Assembly: GCF_963676685.1 (NCBI RefSeq)
Contig: NC_092348.1
Location: 89,652,001-89,716,000, forward strand
Direction: 5' to 3'
Source of the DNA: Mytilus edulis
Taxonomy: Eukaryota
DNA: 64,000 nucleotides
In this document: one piece after another, positions 1-14,093 of the stretch
Layout of the letters: every line of letters begins with the position of its first letter
How positions within the stretch are numbered: position 1 is the first letter of the stretch
Program-made: the position numbers and the translations under genes
The notes under the pieces: generated by a model
Seen by the model: only the letters and a program-made list of their open reading frames with translations
Database searches by the model: none
What the model was told of the DNA's origin: nothing

Positions 1-596
1 AACATAAACCAGTGCATTTTTGCACAATACAACCTAGAGGTAATCCCTTGCAGAAAAGTTCAATTATGAATAAATAGTTAGATGTAGTAGAAATAAATCC
101 TTGTTAGATACCGGTACTCTGTGAAATCAAAGTGATTGTAAGCACTGGAGGGTAAAGATTGCATTACTTTATCAGTGGGAAGTAAAATCAAATATTGCAT
201 TGTCAATAAAGCATTGATAGTAGCTGATTCAACTACAATTCTGGATAATGGGAGATAACTCTGATTTTTAACGATGACTTTAACAATGATTTAGAACAGG
301 TATAACATCCCTGCACTTTGCAAAAGTTTTGTAATATTCTGGACAGGTCTAGCATGGTTTTGTGATTTTAATATCTGGGCATATCTTTACATTAATAAAT
401 ATCTGTAAATCTTTATGGATAGGAGGTTAAGAATGTTTATGATGAATGCACTATATTTCTCAAAAGAATTGATTAAACTTAGAAGATTTATGAATCAAGT
501 CAGTACCAAAGGGTTTTGATTGCATTTCAAGCAATCTTTACCCAAGAATAAAAGATCTTAAGAGTCTCTTAAGAAATTTGAAGAAAACCAGTTTAC

Positions 597-3500
597 CTTG
601 TGATATATTGGAATAATTCTTTGATCTCCGGTGATACAGGTAAATTTTCATAGTCCCCTGGATCATAAGCTCTGAAAAACAAATGTGAGACTTAATAAAA
701 TGATAAATGATCTTAAAATGTGGTTTTATCAGCTAACAAAGCAGTCAACAATGTAGCCTTTTGGTCAGTACTTTACTGAAACCCTAAGATCTGAGATCAC
801 AATTTCTAGTGAAGAAATAGATTGTAGATGAACGACTGAACTAAAAGCTGTACTGAACATTACAAAGTTCCTGCTATGATATTGCTTTATATAACACAAG
901 AAACTTTGTACATTTTATTTAATATCTGAAACCAGTAAATGTTTAATACAAATTATTTACACTGCAGAATAATTATAAATTTGACAACCACTAAATCTCA
1001 CCCTTCTAATGGTACATGTTCATCATCATCATCCTCATCATCGTCGTCATCATCTTCCTCAGTAGTTTCAGATCCTGTTTCCTCATCCTCTGAATTAAAC
1101 TGTCCATCAGACTTGACCGGCATCATATTTCCACCCCTGGGAGGTTGGTCCAAAGACTGTAGTTGTTGTTGTTGCATTCTCTGTTGATGCTGCTGTTGGA
1201 ACTGTTGAGCTTCTTGTTGCATGTGCTGTTGCTATAGAAATGAAGAACAAACAATTATGACAATTAATGAATTGAATTACTGTCTTAAAAAAAGGATTAT
1301 AAAATACAGGCTACATGGACATCATAAATGTTTGAATAGTCACAAGAGGTCATAAATTATTACAAATAATCGTAAAAATTAATGTAGTAAAAAAAAAGGT
1401 ATAACCAAATCTCTATGTTACTTTAATACAGTTGTACTTTAACACATAGTTTACCAAATAAAAATAAATTCAGTAAGGATACCTTTGTAAACAATGCAAG
1501 GACAAAGAGGTATAATATATTACAAATATCATTATGTCAATTCCGATAGTGCAAAAACATAACTGACCATTTGAGCTTTGATTACCAAATACTAAAACAG
1601 CATTAGCTAGCTTTACAAAGAAAGTTATAAATTACACAATTATTACAAAAAAAAAAATAAAAAAAAAAAAAAAAATTACACAATATTCATATTTACCTGT
1701 GCTAACTGTTCATCATATTCTTCATCCTCTTCGGAGTTCTCTGCACTTATCATGCCTTCTGGTGGGGTGGATCCAGCACTTTTAATTTTGTCAACTAAAT
1801 AAAAAAGAGCAAAGGTCGACTAAATTCATGTACATGTACCATTACACACAACATACCAACTATAAGTTCTATTCATCTCATTTTACCAACCCATTTGGTC
1901 CATTACATGATTAATTTTGACAGACTGTGCAAAAAGATGAAAGGAAAAGAGCAACGATGTTTGTAATGAACTAAAATATATAATTCCTGTTGCCAGAATC
2001 AGTCAAACAAGGGATAAAACAAGTTCTGTTCATTCTTACCTACAACAAATTGTATGGATCATAATGAAAAACAAAATACAAACAAATTGGAATTTTTTAA
2101 TGTCTGATTTTTGTTTCATTAATTTTTTTTCTGTGACTTTGGCGGAACTTAACAAAATGAAAACTTAAGCATCATCAATATTTTTTTTAAATCTATAACC
2201 CAGATTCTTAACTTGTATAAAGCAACAACAGGTATGCATATAATATGAAATCATTTTCTCAATCAGGCATAAAAATGATAAAATACAATTATTTCCTTGC
2301 AATATCACAAATTTTGAGTATCATTATTTGTAAGTATCTAAAGACTAATAACCAGACTGGTGAAACTATCAAATATTTTTTAAAATCAACATTCTATTAT
2401 ATTTGAAATTTTGACACATTTAAAAAATATATTAAAATATATAACTAGGTTACTAGTTTCCACAATCTATCTATACTAAAAATATACTTCTATATTGCAT
2501 TAAGAAACAAATATTCATTAAATTGTGAATATACATGTAATGTGTTTAACATGAAAGGGCTCACACTCCTTAACATAAACATCCCTCTTCAATTGTTCAA
2601 GTCAAAATTATATAAACAAAAACTTACTTTGAAGAAAACAAACATTGTATTCTATAAAAAATGTGTTATATTTACATTATAATACAATGATGTTGATATT
2701 CAATAGGGTGAATATTACTATTACTATGTAATATAATTACTGATGACTAAGGATCTATTGTTGTGGGTACCTATTCACATGGATACTCAATTCCATGTTT
2801 TGGACAAATTCTGTATACAAGCACATAAAAAAATGGTGTTTTGATGAACATTTTAATTCATTGTTCACCTAGTATGTGCCTAACCATTGCACACAAACAA
2901 AAGCAATTAAAATAAAGAAGATGAAAATGTTTAATATACCTGTATGACTTCAAAATAAGTGTATATATATGTGAACTTTCTAGCAAAAGCAAATCATTCA
3001 TATTTTCAAAATCTTCAATAACGATAAAAAATGTACTACTATTCAATTATTGTCTTCCCTTACACTATTTCTCTGATGTTTTTCTGTATACAGTGACCTT
3101 AACTATGAGACTTCTCATTAGTAATTTGGCCACCGCACACCACAAGTGCCAGGGGGAAACTGTGATGAAAGTATGTAAAATGTAATCAAAAGTGCATTGA
3201 AGGTAAGAAGTTATAAATGATTCTAAAAGAATAAAAGAACAAATTAAATACACCAAATCATTTAAAAATCCTTTAATAACTGTTGAGGAAAAGTTTAGTT
3301 AACAAATGGGTAGGAATAAAAAAAATGATCATGGTTCTATCAATTCAATTATATTTCACATGCTCTGTGTTGAAATTCAATGATAGGTCAATCTAGGAAA
3401 CTTCATCAACAAACTTAAAGTTGACTAGCGTGTGATCAACAAGCACTGAATGAAATATTATTTGTCGATAATAAATAATAGATTCCTAATAAATGTAAAA

Positions 3501-6500
3501 AAAACATGCATACAAGTCTTAGTTTAGTTTATAATTATGCATGCAATGGATCTATAATTTCTCAAATGACTTGAAGCTGTTATTTAAGATGAGTTATTTC
3601 CCTTAGCAGCAAGACATAACTGGTTCCTCACAATGGAGAGTCCAGGAATAACAATTGTTAATACTAGTCTGGTTTGTACATGATATTGTATCAATTTCAT
3701 GTCATTTATGTTTCCAAAACTCTAATGATACGTATATATAAACTGCAGTCAAATTTCTGAAGGTTCTTATCATATTCTTGCAATTGTAAAAAAATTATAT
3801 ACATAAATATCTAGTAATTGGTTGATGTGTGTACATGGGAGAAAACTATCCTGATCTAATCCGTTAGGGCTGCATTTCATTTTTAATCAGCTCGAAACAT
3901 CATATATGTTTAAAGGGGAATAATCCTTACATAAATTTATTGTCTCCCATATTACTTTCTCTTCCATGCATCCATCTCGTGCATGCAATAACTGTTCAGT
4001 GTTCTATTGTGATGTATTTTATCTTATTAGATCATTGTTATAACACAAATCATTGTAATCAATGTATGAAATTTAACCCTGCAAGAGTCCATAATTGGAT
4101 AATTAAAGTATTCTTATTCTTATACCTTCTTTTGATCTACTTAAAGAAAAAGACTGGCTGATACAAAGTAAACTTATGTTTGCATTTTTTTATAAACATG
4201 ATGTACATTTTGTAGTGAATTTTACAATGAAATTTATTTAATACATATTCCTGTGCTGATTTCATTGGTGTACTAGTGTACACTATGTGTAAAGGATAAA
4301 GACAAAATACAATAACCATATACTTAAAAGAAAACAAACAGACTTATAAAATGGACTACTGACTTACATTAATATTTTTTTCACATTTAAACATAAGACA
4401 CAACAATACATAGTCAAAATACACCATAAGCCACAAGTGAATTACCAGTGAAAAAAATGATACTACATGTATATCTAATACTACCTGAGTTAGTAAATAT
4501 ATTACCTGGTCGTCCTAGGCGATCTATACCTGTACAAATGTATGTAGAGGAGTATTTTACATTGAATTCTTACACATACACATGTACACTACAATATGAT
4601 TGTTGCTATCAAATGTCATCTGAACTTTAATGAATAATGACAATCCATTCAAAGCAGTGATTTGAAAACGGTTTCAGAATTAGTTGACCTAATATTTGCT
4701 ATTTTTTTAATATTTTAGTATTTTTTCAATGTCCAAGTTTACAAACTCTAAAGCAGAGAATACTTTTAACTAATTCAATTTTTGTGAGAAAAAAAACCAA
4801 ACATAAATGTAGTCTGAATTAATTCAATATTTTTGGATCTTTATATCCTGTTACTTTTTAAAAATATAACTAAGATTAAGAGGACATAATTATGTCAACA
4901 TGGTCAACCACAACATAAAAAAGAGAGACTTGCTTTCTTGGTTATGGTATTGGGAAATTACACTGTCCCATTTCAATTGTTTTTCTCTCTCAAATGTTCA
5001 AGTAACACTATATTTAGGGAATGCATATAATACTGGTGTACTGACATCTACCTAATTAATTTGTTTTTGGTAGAAATATTCAAAATGACAAACACACAAC
5101 ACATGAATCATTGACATATGTGTACATACCAGGCATGCCAGGGATTCCTAGTAGTTTACCTCCTTTGATAGCATTAGAGAGAGAATGTTCAAAATATCAA
5201 AAATATACAATAATATACAGAAATATACAGAATATATACTGCAAATTCAGAAGTTATCGTGAAGTTTTAATTGTTGCGAAAAATGTGACAGAGTTGTAAA
5301 CGTAATAATTTAAACTTGCATTTTGAACTATTTCATAATATGAATGAAACAGATTTTCCTGAAAAAAAATCTTAAAAAATTAAAATTGCATTTATGTCTA
5401 AAATGACAAAATTGCAATACTAAATGCATGCAATAATTTCTGAATTTACAGAAGTTGGAAACCTTCAAATATCTAGTAGCAAACATTTGTAAACCTCTAT
5501 GTGAAAATGATAAGAGAATGGATGTACATGTATGCTGTTTCATAGACATTATATGTCATTATCTATTAAATGTTTTTAAAAGAGATCATACCAGAAGGGT
5601 GGTGTACTCGTGGAGTTGGTGAGTATGTGCTTGCAACTTCTTCACCGTCAGGAACCTCCAATGCCTCGTCGTATGGTTGATTCTGAAAATGTTTGGCCTG
5701 AAAATCAAAAAATATATAAATTCTAGTTTCGAACATTAAAATATTTGTGACAGCTGTGTGATTGGTCCAAACCGACAATCATTTTAATTTAATAGATTAG
5801 ATAACTTAAACATTATGTATGACCAACCAAGAGACATATCAAATAAGGCAGCAACATTACAAACTATTGAAATGTTTAACTAAGTATCGACTGGAACTTC
5901 TCTTATGTGTGGCCTGCAAAGTACATTGTAATTGGGTACAATATAGTACCATCAAGAAGTCTGTCAGAACTCAGTGTCACATTTGTACTTCTTTTCTTTG
6001 CCATACTGTTTAAGTATGTAATATACCAAGCTGTGAATATTGTCCTCCTACAACTGAAGCACTGTTTTACATTTGGATGATACAGGATTTTTAAATACAT
6101 GTCTACACAATAACTGGATATACCCCCCCCCCCCTTTTTATCTACAATGTTTTGGTACATGTATTTTAATAATGATAACACAGTGACAAGATGTACATGT
6201 ATATTCATAAACCAAGAATATCTGTCTTTTTCATTAGCTAGGGGTTCCAGTACCTACCTGACCTAAGGGTAAGGCTTCAGTGTAGGCATGCATAGCAAGG
6301 AGTACGTAAGTTTAATTAAAGGTAGCATAGGGTTTGTATTAGGGTTAGCACTAGGTTAGTTTCGAACTTCCGTTTGAGACTTGTTTTTGAACATTAGGCC
6401 AAATAAAATAGTATATGTGGTTCCAGTTACATCTCGTCATCTGAAAAAAAGTTAGGATAGGTAGGTAGGGATTTTTTTTAATTTTATGTTGGTTTTTTTT

Positions 6501-8074
6501 ACATTGAGCCTATGGGCAGATGGGAGCATCATTCTGACTTTAACAGTGCTTAATAAAATATGACAATAAAATCTTTAGGGTAGGCTAATTTCAAGACAAA
6601 AAAGTAGGGAAGGTAGGGTTACTGGAACCACACATATATTTTTATTTGGCCCTTGTAGAAGTTTGTTATACCAAACCTAATGTTCATCCTACATAGTATT
6701 GTTGATAATTTCATCCTGATGTTATAGGCTCTAGCATAGTGATCCATCACTGCACTTTTGACAATTCAGTGCTGATATGAATATGCATTAAAGCAAGGAC
6801 ATTGAGTCTCTCACTTGTAATGGTTGATCGCAAAAAAAGTCTTGTGCTCTTAATAAGACTGTTTGGTAGTATTCTGTTTTTTTCGTGAGATTTGCTTTCA
6901 CCATTTGAATACTTTTACCCATTACTGAAAATGTTTCTTATCAAAATGTTTAAGGTTGTCAGGTAGTGGCGAACAAAACACAAATTTTGCAGTAAATTCC
7001 TTCTGGTAAACATGGTAAAGTTGAATAAACAGCCACACATATTTGAAGCATCATTTCTTGTTTAGGAAAAGAAAAGGAACTAGCTAGATTCAAGTGTTTA
7101 TTTAAAATGCTATACATTTGAGCAATAGGTACAGATGTGAAAATGAAGTTTGCAATATCCTTAGATTTAGCAGGTGTCTCTCAGTCTGACAGCAGTACGT
7201 TGCAGAATTAAAAACAAAATAATAAAAAAATTCTTATGGATATAATAGAGTGTGAAAGTATTTTTATTCAAATCAAGCTAACAGAAAAGATCGTTTTGAT
7301 TATAATAAACCAACAAAGTAATAAAATATAGGGAGAGCTGCCTTTGATAGTCCTAATTAAATCCTTTGATCCTCTAATAATATCCCCCAGGCAAATGTAA
7401 TTATGGCGTGTTTTTATTTAACTGAGTGTAGCTGTGAGCCAAAATTTGTTCCTGTTCCTATTAAGAGCTCACTGGATATTCAATATTTAGTAAAGATAAC
7501 CATATGCATAAAACAAGAAATGCTGAAGTGATTGCATGCTGTCTTTTTACAAATTTATTTTTAAAGATTTTCAAGTGGGGGAGAGGGGTCCAGAACACCC
7601 TAAATCTGTTAGTGAAAAGATATTACAGGGAGAGAAAAAAACAGGGGTAACAGACTCTGCTCGAGCAGACACAGGGCGAAATGTACCTCAGAAATCATCA
7701 TGAATTTGTCAAATGAATGAAAATTGTATGAACATGATGAATGCGAGACCTTGAATATATGAATTGCAATATCAAATATGGGAAAACGAGATGACGCTGT
7801 TGGCAATTCATTGAAATAAGTGGATATGGTTCGCTGCTGACAATATCATGATATGAGAATGATATAAATTTGATAAAGCGCAAGATGTTTACATTAGCAA
7901 CATATGATTTCTTTCAATAAAAACATGTAATTATGTGCTGAAATCTATCAGAAGGTAGAGGAAATGTTATAAACATCTAAAGCATATATATTGCTTTAAT
8001 ATAATCTCACTAATATTTGGAAAATAGCTCAATTATTTTACGTTTTCACGCTCTTCGTCGTAGTCGTCCTCCAT
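597..8074 (-). CDS. IFT46: Intraflagellar transport protein 46, 5' portion (spliced; continues beyond the left window edge)
   Basis: Exons with GT-AG boundaries and consistent phases: 8074-8042 (MEDDYDEEREN), 5697-5592 (AKHFQNQPYDEALEVPDGEEVASTYSPTPR), microexons 5162-5130 and 4529-4506, 1794-1697, 1231-1002 (Q-rich, acidic, EHVPLEG), 671-597 (AYDPGDYENLPVSPEIKELFQYITR). The NQPYDE and PLEGAYDPxDYExLPVSxEIKELFQYI motifs match IFT46. Confidence 0.9.
6396..6652. mobile_element. MITE in IFT46 intron 1
   Basis: Imperfect TIRs of about 35 bp: GGCCAAATAAAATAGTATATGTGGTTCCAGTTAC ... GTTACTGGAACCACACATATATTTTTATTTGGCC; no ORF. Confidence 0.75.
6740..6850 (-). pseudogene. hAT transposase C-terminal dimerization-domain remnant
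   Basis: Minus strand reads approximately TFLRSTITSERLNVLALMHIH, matching the hAT dimerization motif KTYLRSTMxxxRLxxLALMxIH. Confidence 0.65.
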
Positions 8075-8090
8075 CGAGTTTGGAATGCAA

Positions 8091-8129
8091 GTGCATTATG
8101 GGATCGTCTGGTCTGGTCTAGCTAACAAC
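8091..8129 (-). promoter_or_regulatory. Candidate IFT46 promoter elements: ZNF143/Staf-like site and degenerate RFX X-box
   Basis: TCCCATAATGCAC on the minus strand (8103-8091) and GTCTAGCTAACAAC (8116-8129), directly upstream of the ATG of a ciliary gene. Motif resemblance only. Confidence 0.35.
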
Positions 8130-9837
8130 CAAATGAGTAATCTAAATAAAGACCAAAATATGAACCTTTCAGAAAAGTTTCTTTTTAATTAGATTAATTA
8201 ATTACGACTTGGGTATCCCTAGTAGACAATAGACAATACTTTATTAATAAACCTCATAGGTGTGTAAGAGGACATCAGATATACACGTATACACATTTTT
8301 ATACTCAATACATTCACACTAAACATAATAATGCTAACGTTACATACATGGTTAAATATAGCAAAATGTCAAATTACAAACTACCATAACATTCAACTCA
8401 AAAAGACTAACAGAAATCTCAAGTATATCAATCATTAGAGAAACAGATTCCACCACTGTAATTTAATTGTCTCGAGTGAAGAAATATTGTAATACACTTG
8501 TTGCAGTTGTGGCATCTATATTTCTAAGACTCTTCCATCTTGCAATAGTATTTTTAAAAAAAAGACTTTTTTTCTACAAATTACACAAGTATTCCCCATT
8601 CTAACCTAAAAGTCAAATCGAAAGAGTTGGTAATATTTTGTTTAAAAAAAACGGAATGCCATATTATGGTCAACGTAATAGATACAAGTATCTTGTCTTT
8701 GTAATAGTACGGTGACAATTAAGGTAAATTTAAAAATTTAATGCACCGAAATACCTCACGGCTAATTTTGGTCTTATTTTGAAGATAAATATAATACCCT
8801 TCTATTAAGGCATGTCGTAGAATGCCAAAGTGGTGCAGATTTTTGATAATTACGATTAAAGGTAAAAAGGGGGGATTTTAAAAAATCTACATTTTTGGAC
8901 ATTTTGGACAATTTCTCGGTATTCGCTCATGATAACTGAGAAAAATTTCAATGGAAGCAAGCTCTAGGGGGGCTGTACAAATGCAGCTTCTAATATTTAT
9001 GCCAGATTGACATAGATTAGTGATGTTCACCACCCAAGCCAACATGGAAGAAAATGATAAAGATTATCTTTATTTACAAAAATTATCGATAAAAAATTTT
9101 TATATTTAATATTCAGCTTTTCAATAATATATTACAATATATAAAGATATTTTTGGGAAAGTTTTGTTAAGATAATATAAAGAATAAAGGAGAAGTTAGA
9201 ACTGTAAAGTTTACACCCGGTCCATGATTCAATGAAAAAATGATCAAATTCATTATTCCCTTTTTAAATAAAAAAATAATGTTGAAATTATCAAAATAGT
9301 CTTGATGCATAAATGTCAGCATGAACACGATAGTATATGAAGTTTTATTGATGACAATAGGTCAACCAGTGCAAGAGTAATATCATTTTGAAAATGCATG
9401 ACGATGTGCATCCCCCTTTTTTAAAAAACAACTCAAACAACAAAAAATCAAGAGTAGACTTTTGACTTTTACCGTTTTAAAGCACTATATATATCACACA
9501 AACACGATTTACAGAAATTTTGATACAAATGAAGATATTTTTGTATATTTCAATAACACTTGACATTATTATGCACGTCCGATGATTTGAAGTGGTTACG
9601 AAAAACTAACACAAAAAAGTACATGTTATACTTTTAAATTATTCGATAAAGTCTCCTGTTGGTTTACAAGCCTACCAACCACGTCAAGGTCGGAGACCAC
9701 TGGCAGGTTTTTTTTATAGTTTTTTTTAATTTATTTATTTTTCTATTTTTTTTTTTAATTTTATTTTCTCAACAATTTTCAACAGCGAAAAGGCTTCTAG
9801 CATCTAACACATGAAATATTGGGCATTGGGGTTCATA

Positions 9838-12800
9838 CTAATCATCATCCGCGTCGTTGCAATCTTCTAAAACAGTCTGATGAGTAAGCTGGTTTCTACA
9901 ATCATCACTGCCCTGACAACCACAAATGCTTGTGCATGACAAGTGTTGTTCATAACATACACATGATTTACCACAAATAGATTTGCCTTTGCATGTGCAA
10001 ACAAGGTCTTGTAAAAAGTCAGAAGACATTGGCCCCTCAAAATATAGTGGAACTATCGAGCTATTCCCCATTGTCCATCCATATTCAAGAGGTGATCTAG
10101 GTGGTGGTTTTGCAATATGGGCATTCATCCAGACGTACACTTGTAGGGATACTCTAAATATGTGTTGTCTGAAAGATGCTTTTGAAGGAGGAAGTCTCAC
10201 TAAGGAAGCATCCTTAGATAGCGCTGACTTCACTCGCAGTTTATTTAGATCACCATGTACAGATTGAGCCTTGACTTTGGGGTCATATAGATCAGCGATA
10301 AATTGTCTTCCCACTGTTACAGATGTTTTGATATCAGAACTAGCTAGATTGATCAAACTTTGATATCTTAATGGGTGTTGTTTTAATGTCTTGTATACTG
10401 TCTTTTTGCCTATTCCAAAGAAAGAAGACGTCGTGTCGCATCCCGTTAGAGCGTGATTAGCTGGTAATGTACTAGAAACCACTGGTCCAATGGCATTGTA
10501 TATATCGTGTACAGGTATAAACCGTCGGGCGTCTTTGGTTGAAGAAACGCATCCTGTCTGGAACCACAATTCATCAATGTTTGTCATTTTGGGAAAATAC
10601 CTTATACACAGAAGTAAAACATCAGTGTCCGATGATTTTATTACAATGCGACCTCTGGAATTGCTTTTTATTAGCTGTTCATTAGCAAACAGAGACTGTA
10701 GAATGATTCTTGTATCTGCCTCTTCCTGTGTACTGAACAACTGAATACAATCAGTAACAGTTCCGGCATAAATTTGTTTAACAGTCTCTGGGTTTTGAAA
10801 ACATCCAGCTAAGAATAGTTCGTCTTGCTCATTCAAATCGAATTCATTGAAGTGTGCGAGCGCATAGTCACCCAAAAATCTTAATAATGCTTGTTTATTT
10901 TCCGATGCACATAGAAATTTCTTCCAATCTGTAATTGACCTACCTTCAATGACCTGAAAAATCTTACCACCATTTGAAATAGACCGCCTCATTCTTTCTG
11001 CTGATTTTGTAGAATGTTCTACGTCATACCGATCAAACACGTCTACGACACACCCGAAATTTTCAAAACTTGCTATTAAAGTTCTAAAGTAGTCCTTGGC
11101 CAAATCTCCAAAACTGTTGTACCTTTTTACAAAAAGACTTTGAACAATACCCATGCCATCTCTGATAAGGATTGATCGATTCTTATCATACGGTGGAAGT
11201 GTGAAAGAGGTGCACACCTCTTTTTCCAATAGATGAATGAAATCTGCTTTGCATGATTTCCTCATCAACCCATCGTCATGGAAAATGGATGTTGGTATTC
11301 TACCGATGGGGTAAGCCAAAACCTTTTCAACGGTAACTTCGTCTCGGACATTTGCAAGGGCTAAAGCTCTTCGAAAGACAAGCTCGGGATTAATATGAGT
11401 TTTTACAATATCGCCAGATCGACATTTTAGATTGCATGGCTTTGCCATGTCGTCAAAGGTTTTGAGTGCAGATTTAGAAATTGGGGAAAAGAAGTCGCGA
11501 GTTTCGTTGTCTTTGAAACAACCATCTACAAAAGATTTCATCGATTTTTGTCCTCGATCTACAGAATTCAGCAGCGAATCTTCAACTTCTCTACTGGCAT
11601 GCAAACCTGTTGCAATGTTTATTAGCGATTTGGGACATTCTTCAATGTCGAATATCTGTCATATTATTTTGAACATGCTCAATAAGATCCTTCACTTGCT
11701 GCTCATCGCGTTTCATCGCTGTCGGTCTACTCTCTTCGTAATTTTCGTCAGAGCCAATAGCAATTTCAGACCTTTTCCTCATTTCAGAAGCGTACCTTGC
11801 AAGAATGTGCCTAGTAAAAGTCCAACGAAGAAGAGCAGATTTATGTGTAGTTAATCCGACTATACCGCCGTTTCCCTTCGAATCTTTGATTATAGTCTTC
11901 TCTGTTGCCATATCACTCCATATGCCATTGAAAACACCAGGCTTTTGTCTGACTGCAAACTTTCCGGACATGAAAGCTGAATAAGTTTCTTCTGGGAGAT
12001 TCAGCATGTCAATTAAATAAGTTGGTGTCCACCTAGCATAATTTGTCTTGTTTGCAATGAAGAAATATGGCAACATAGAAGACACGGATTGGAGGTGTAA
12101 AGTCCAATCTCCATCACGTTCTGCTTTGACATTCATTAGCATAACTTCAACGGCTCGTAAAAACATTTCCCAAAATTTAAAAGTTGGAGATGCTCTATAA
12201 GAAAACTCTCTGAACTCCGAAATCAACGGGGATAACTGTTCCCGGAAAAGAATTAAAAATTCAGAGAGATCTAATACCTTTGTATTAAGGTCACTGAATG
12301 CATTATGACAAGAAAGCATTGTTTGCCAGAACTTTTCGTCTATGTTAGCAATTTTTCGTTGGTTTGAACACCATTGAAAAAATTTCTTGAACCATAGTGC
12401 CATCACAGTTTCATATGCTAATGTGTAAGCTCTAACACCGCGATTAAACTGCTTGCCTTGAAGAATCTGATCTACAGTACATCCTGCATATGCACCCGAA
12501 TCGACCAATAAATCCCGAAGCCCAGCTAATGCCCATATTTTGCCTATTGCTGAAAGGTAACACGAAACCATGTGAAACCCACCTAATCTAACAACGTGTG
12601 GGTGAAAAATCTGAGGCATAGGCCACTTTACTTGTTGAGCTATGGCATAAAGCTGTTGGTCGAAGGTCTGTACTGGGTTATTCTGACCTGCGGCCTTTGA
12701 CATTTCTAGGCATTTCACCATTGTCGTATACACTGTCGCCATGTCAGCAGGTTTTGCGTCTATGATTGGAGGATATGCAACGACGACATGAATGTTTTTT

Positions 12801-14093
12801 CGGTCGGAAAGTCTTTTATGGAAGCCTGTCCAAAAAGGTATTATTTGTTTTTTATCATTTTGAAACCAAGGTAGTTCAGCAATGTCGCGTGTAAGTGATC
12901 GGAGCAATACCCAAGCCATATCAGACACGTCAGATTTATTGGTTGCACATGATTCGATTTGACCGTATGGCTCGGTACATCTAGGTGGGCCGAATCTTTC
13001 TTTAGGCTTACAGAAAGGCAAACATGACATGAGACTAGAAGTGTTTTCATCCAGAGCGAGGGATCTTTCTTGGCCGCGTTTTATTTTCACGTTAGCTAAG
13101 TCTGTCTGAAAAGTCGGATTATTATCAACCTGAAAAACTGCACGAGCCATAGAATGGAATGTGTTTTTACCATCAATAGTTTCTGCATTGATATCAACGT
13201 TGTCAGACCCTTCTTGAATGAAGTCTTCACCTGAAATTTTAGGACATATGCCATTGGGGATGTATGTTTCATTTTGGGAACTTATAATTTCATGGTTTGC
13301 TGAACTAGTCAGAAATTGTCTAACCTCAGTGTAAGACGCACAAAAGCCATGTGAATGTAAAGTTTCAATAAGATTTTTAGAACCATATTCATGATGCAAC
13401 TGAAGAGCCAATGATAAACTAAAAGGGGTGAACTGTTTTTTATGCAGAGATATCACACACTCGGCTAAAGCAATACATTTCCGTACCGTATCACCTGAGA
13501 GTGAATTGAAATCATTCTCCATATGAAAATAGTTATCATCTATTAATCTGGCAAGAAAGTTTATCAAAGAGGTAGGTATGAATTGTAAAGCCGTAGGGAT
13601 TGAAACTTCAGAAGGAGATGGATAAAATTCAGCCGAAATTTTGAAGGATTGTCAACTGCTTCTCAAAATTTTTGCCGCATCATGTAGGGTCTGATCTTCT
13701 TGATGTATGGAATCATTGACAAAACTGGTTTTCATCTCAGAAAATTTTAATTCCGCTTTTAAACTACTGGAAGCGCGAATAGCCTCAGAAACACTGATAG
13801 AGCTACTGAAAATCATATTTGATTTACCCTGTCCTCTTTGAGACTGAACAACAATGCGATCACCGTAGTGATTTTCCAGTTTGTGTTGCAGTTTATCAGT
13901 TGTATATCTACTTCTAATTTCTTGTGGAAGAAAGGAACAATATGTGTCTAATAAATTCGACAAAGAAAATGCTTTCTTATTAAAAAACAGATCATCGTGT
14001 AGAACTTCCGTCAGGTTCTTGAAAGCAATATCATGCTCCGACTCATTTGAAACATCATCAGAAGGTTCCCTTTTCCAGTTTAGCATATAGTTA
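9838..14093 (-). pseudogene. Academ transposase-XPG nuclease-Cys8/CXC polyprotein, central and C-terminal part (disrupted)
   Basis: Transposase motifs GSDNVD, TFDQQLY, RLGGFH, WSDMATEK. XPG/H3TH motifs DGMG, VFDRY, EEADTRI, SSDTDV, LTGCDTTSSFFGIGKK. Terminal CTCKGKSICGKSCVC..CTSICGC. Lesions: in-frame TGA at 13652-13654 (ILRSS*QSFK, same frame as the 641-aa ORF) and a frameshift near 11652 (MTD/FDIEE..LINIATG). Confidence 0.88.

Noticed and set aside
939-1187. Poly-Ser/Cys ORF on the plus strand
   Set aside because: Antisense shadow of the acidic/Q-rich IFT46 exon.
3065-3170. Possible extra IFT46 exon or intronic snoRNA
   Set aside because: In-frame stop in the required phase and no convincing box C/D or H/ACA arrangement.
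9983-11854. Plus-strand ORFs of 84-140 aa
   Set aside because: Antisense to the Academ ORF, with no recognisable motifs.
9838-14086. Three separate genes (588, 641 and 144 aa)
   Set aside because: They are pieces of one Academ ORF broken by a nonsense codon, a frameshift and the Polinton.
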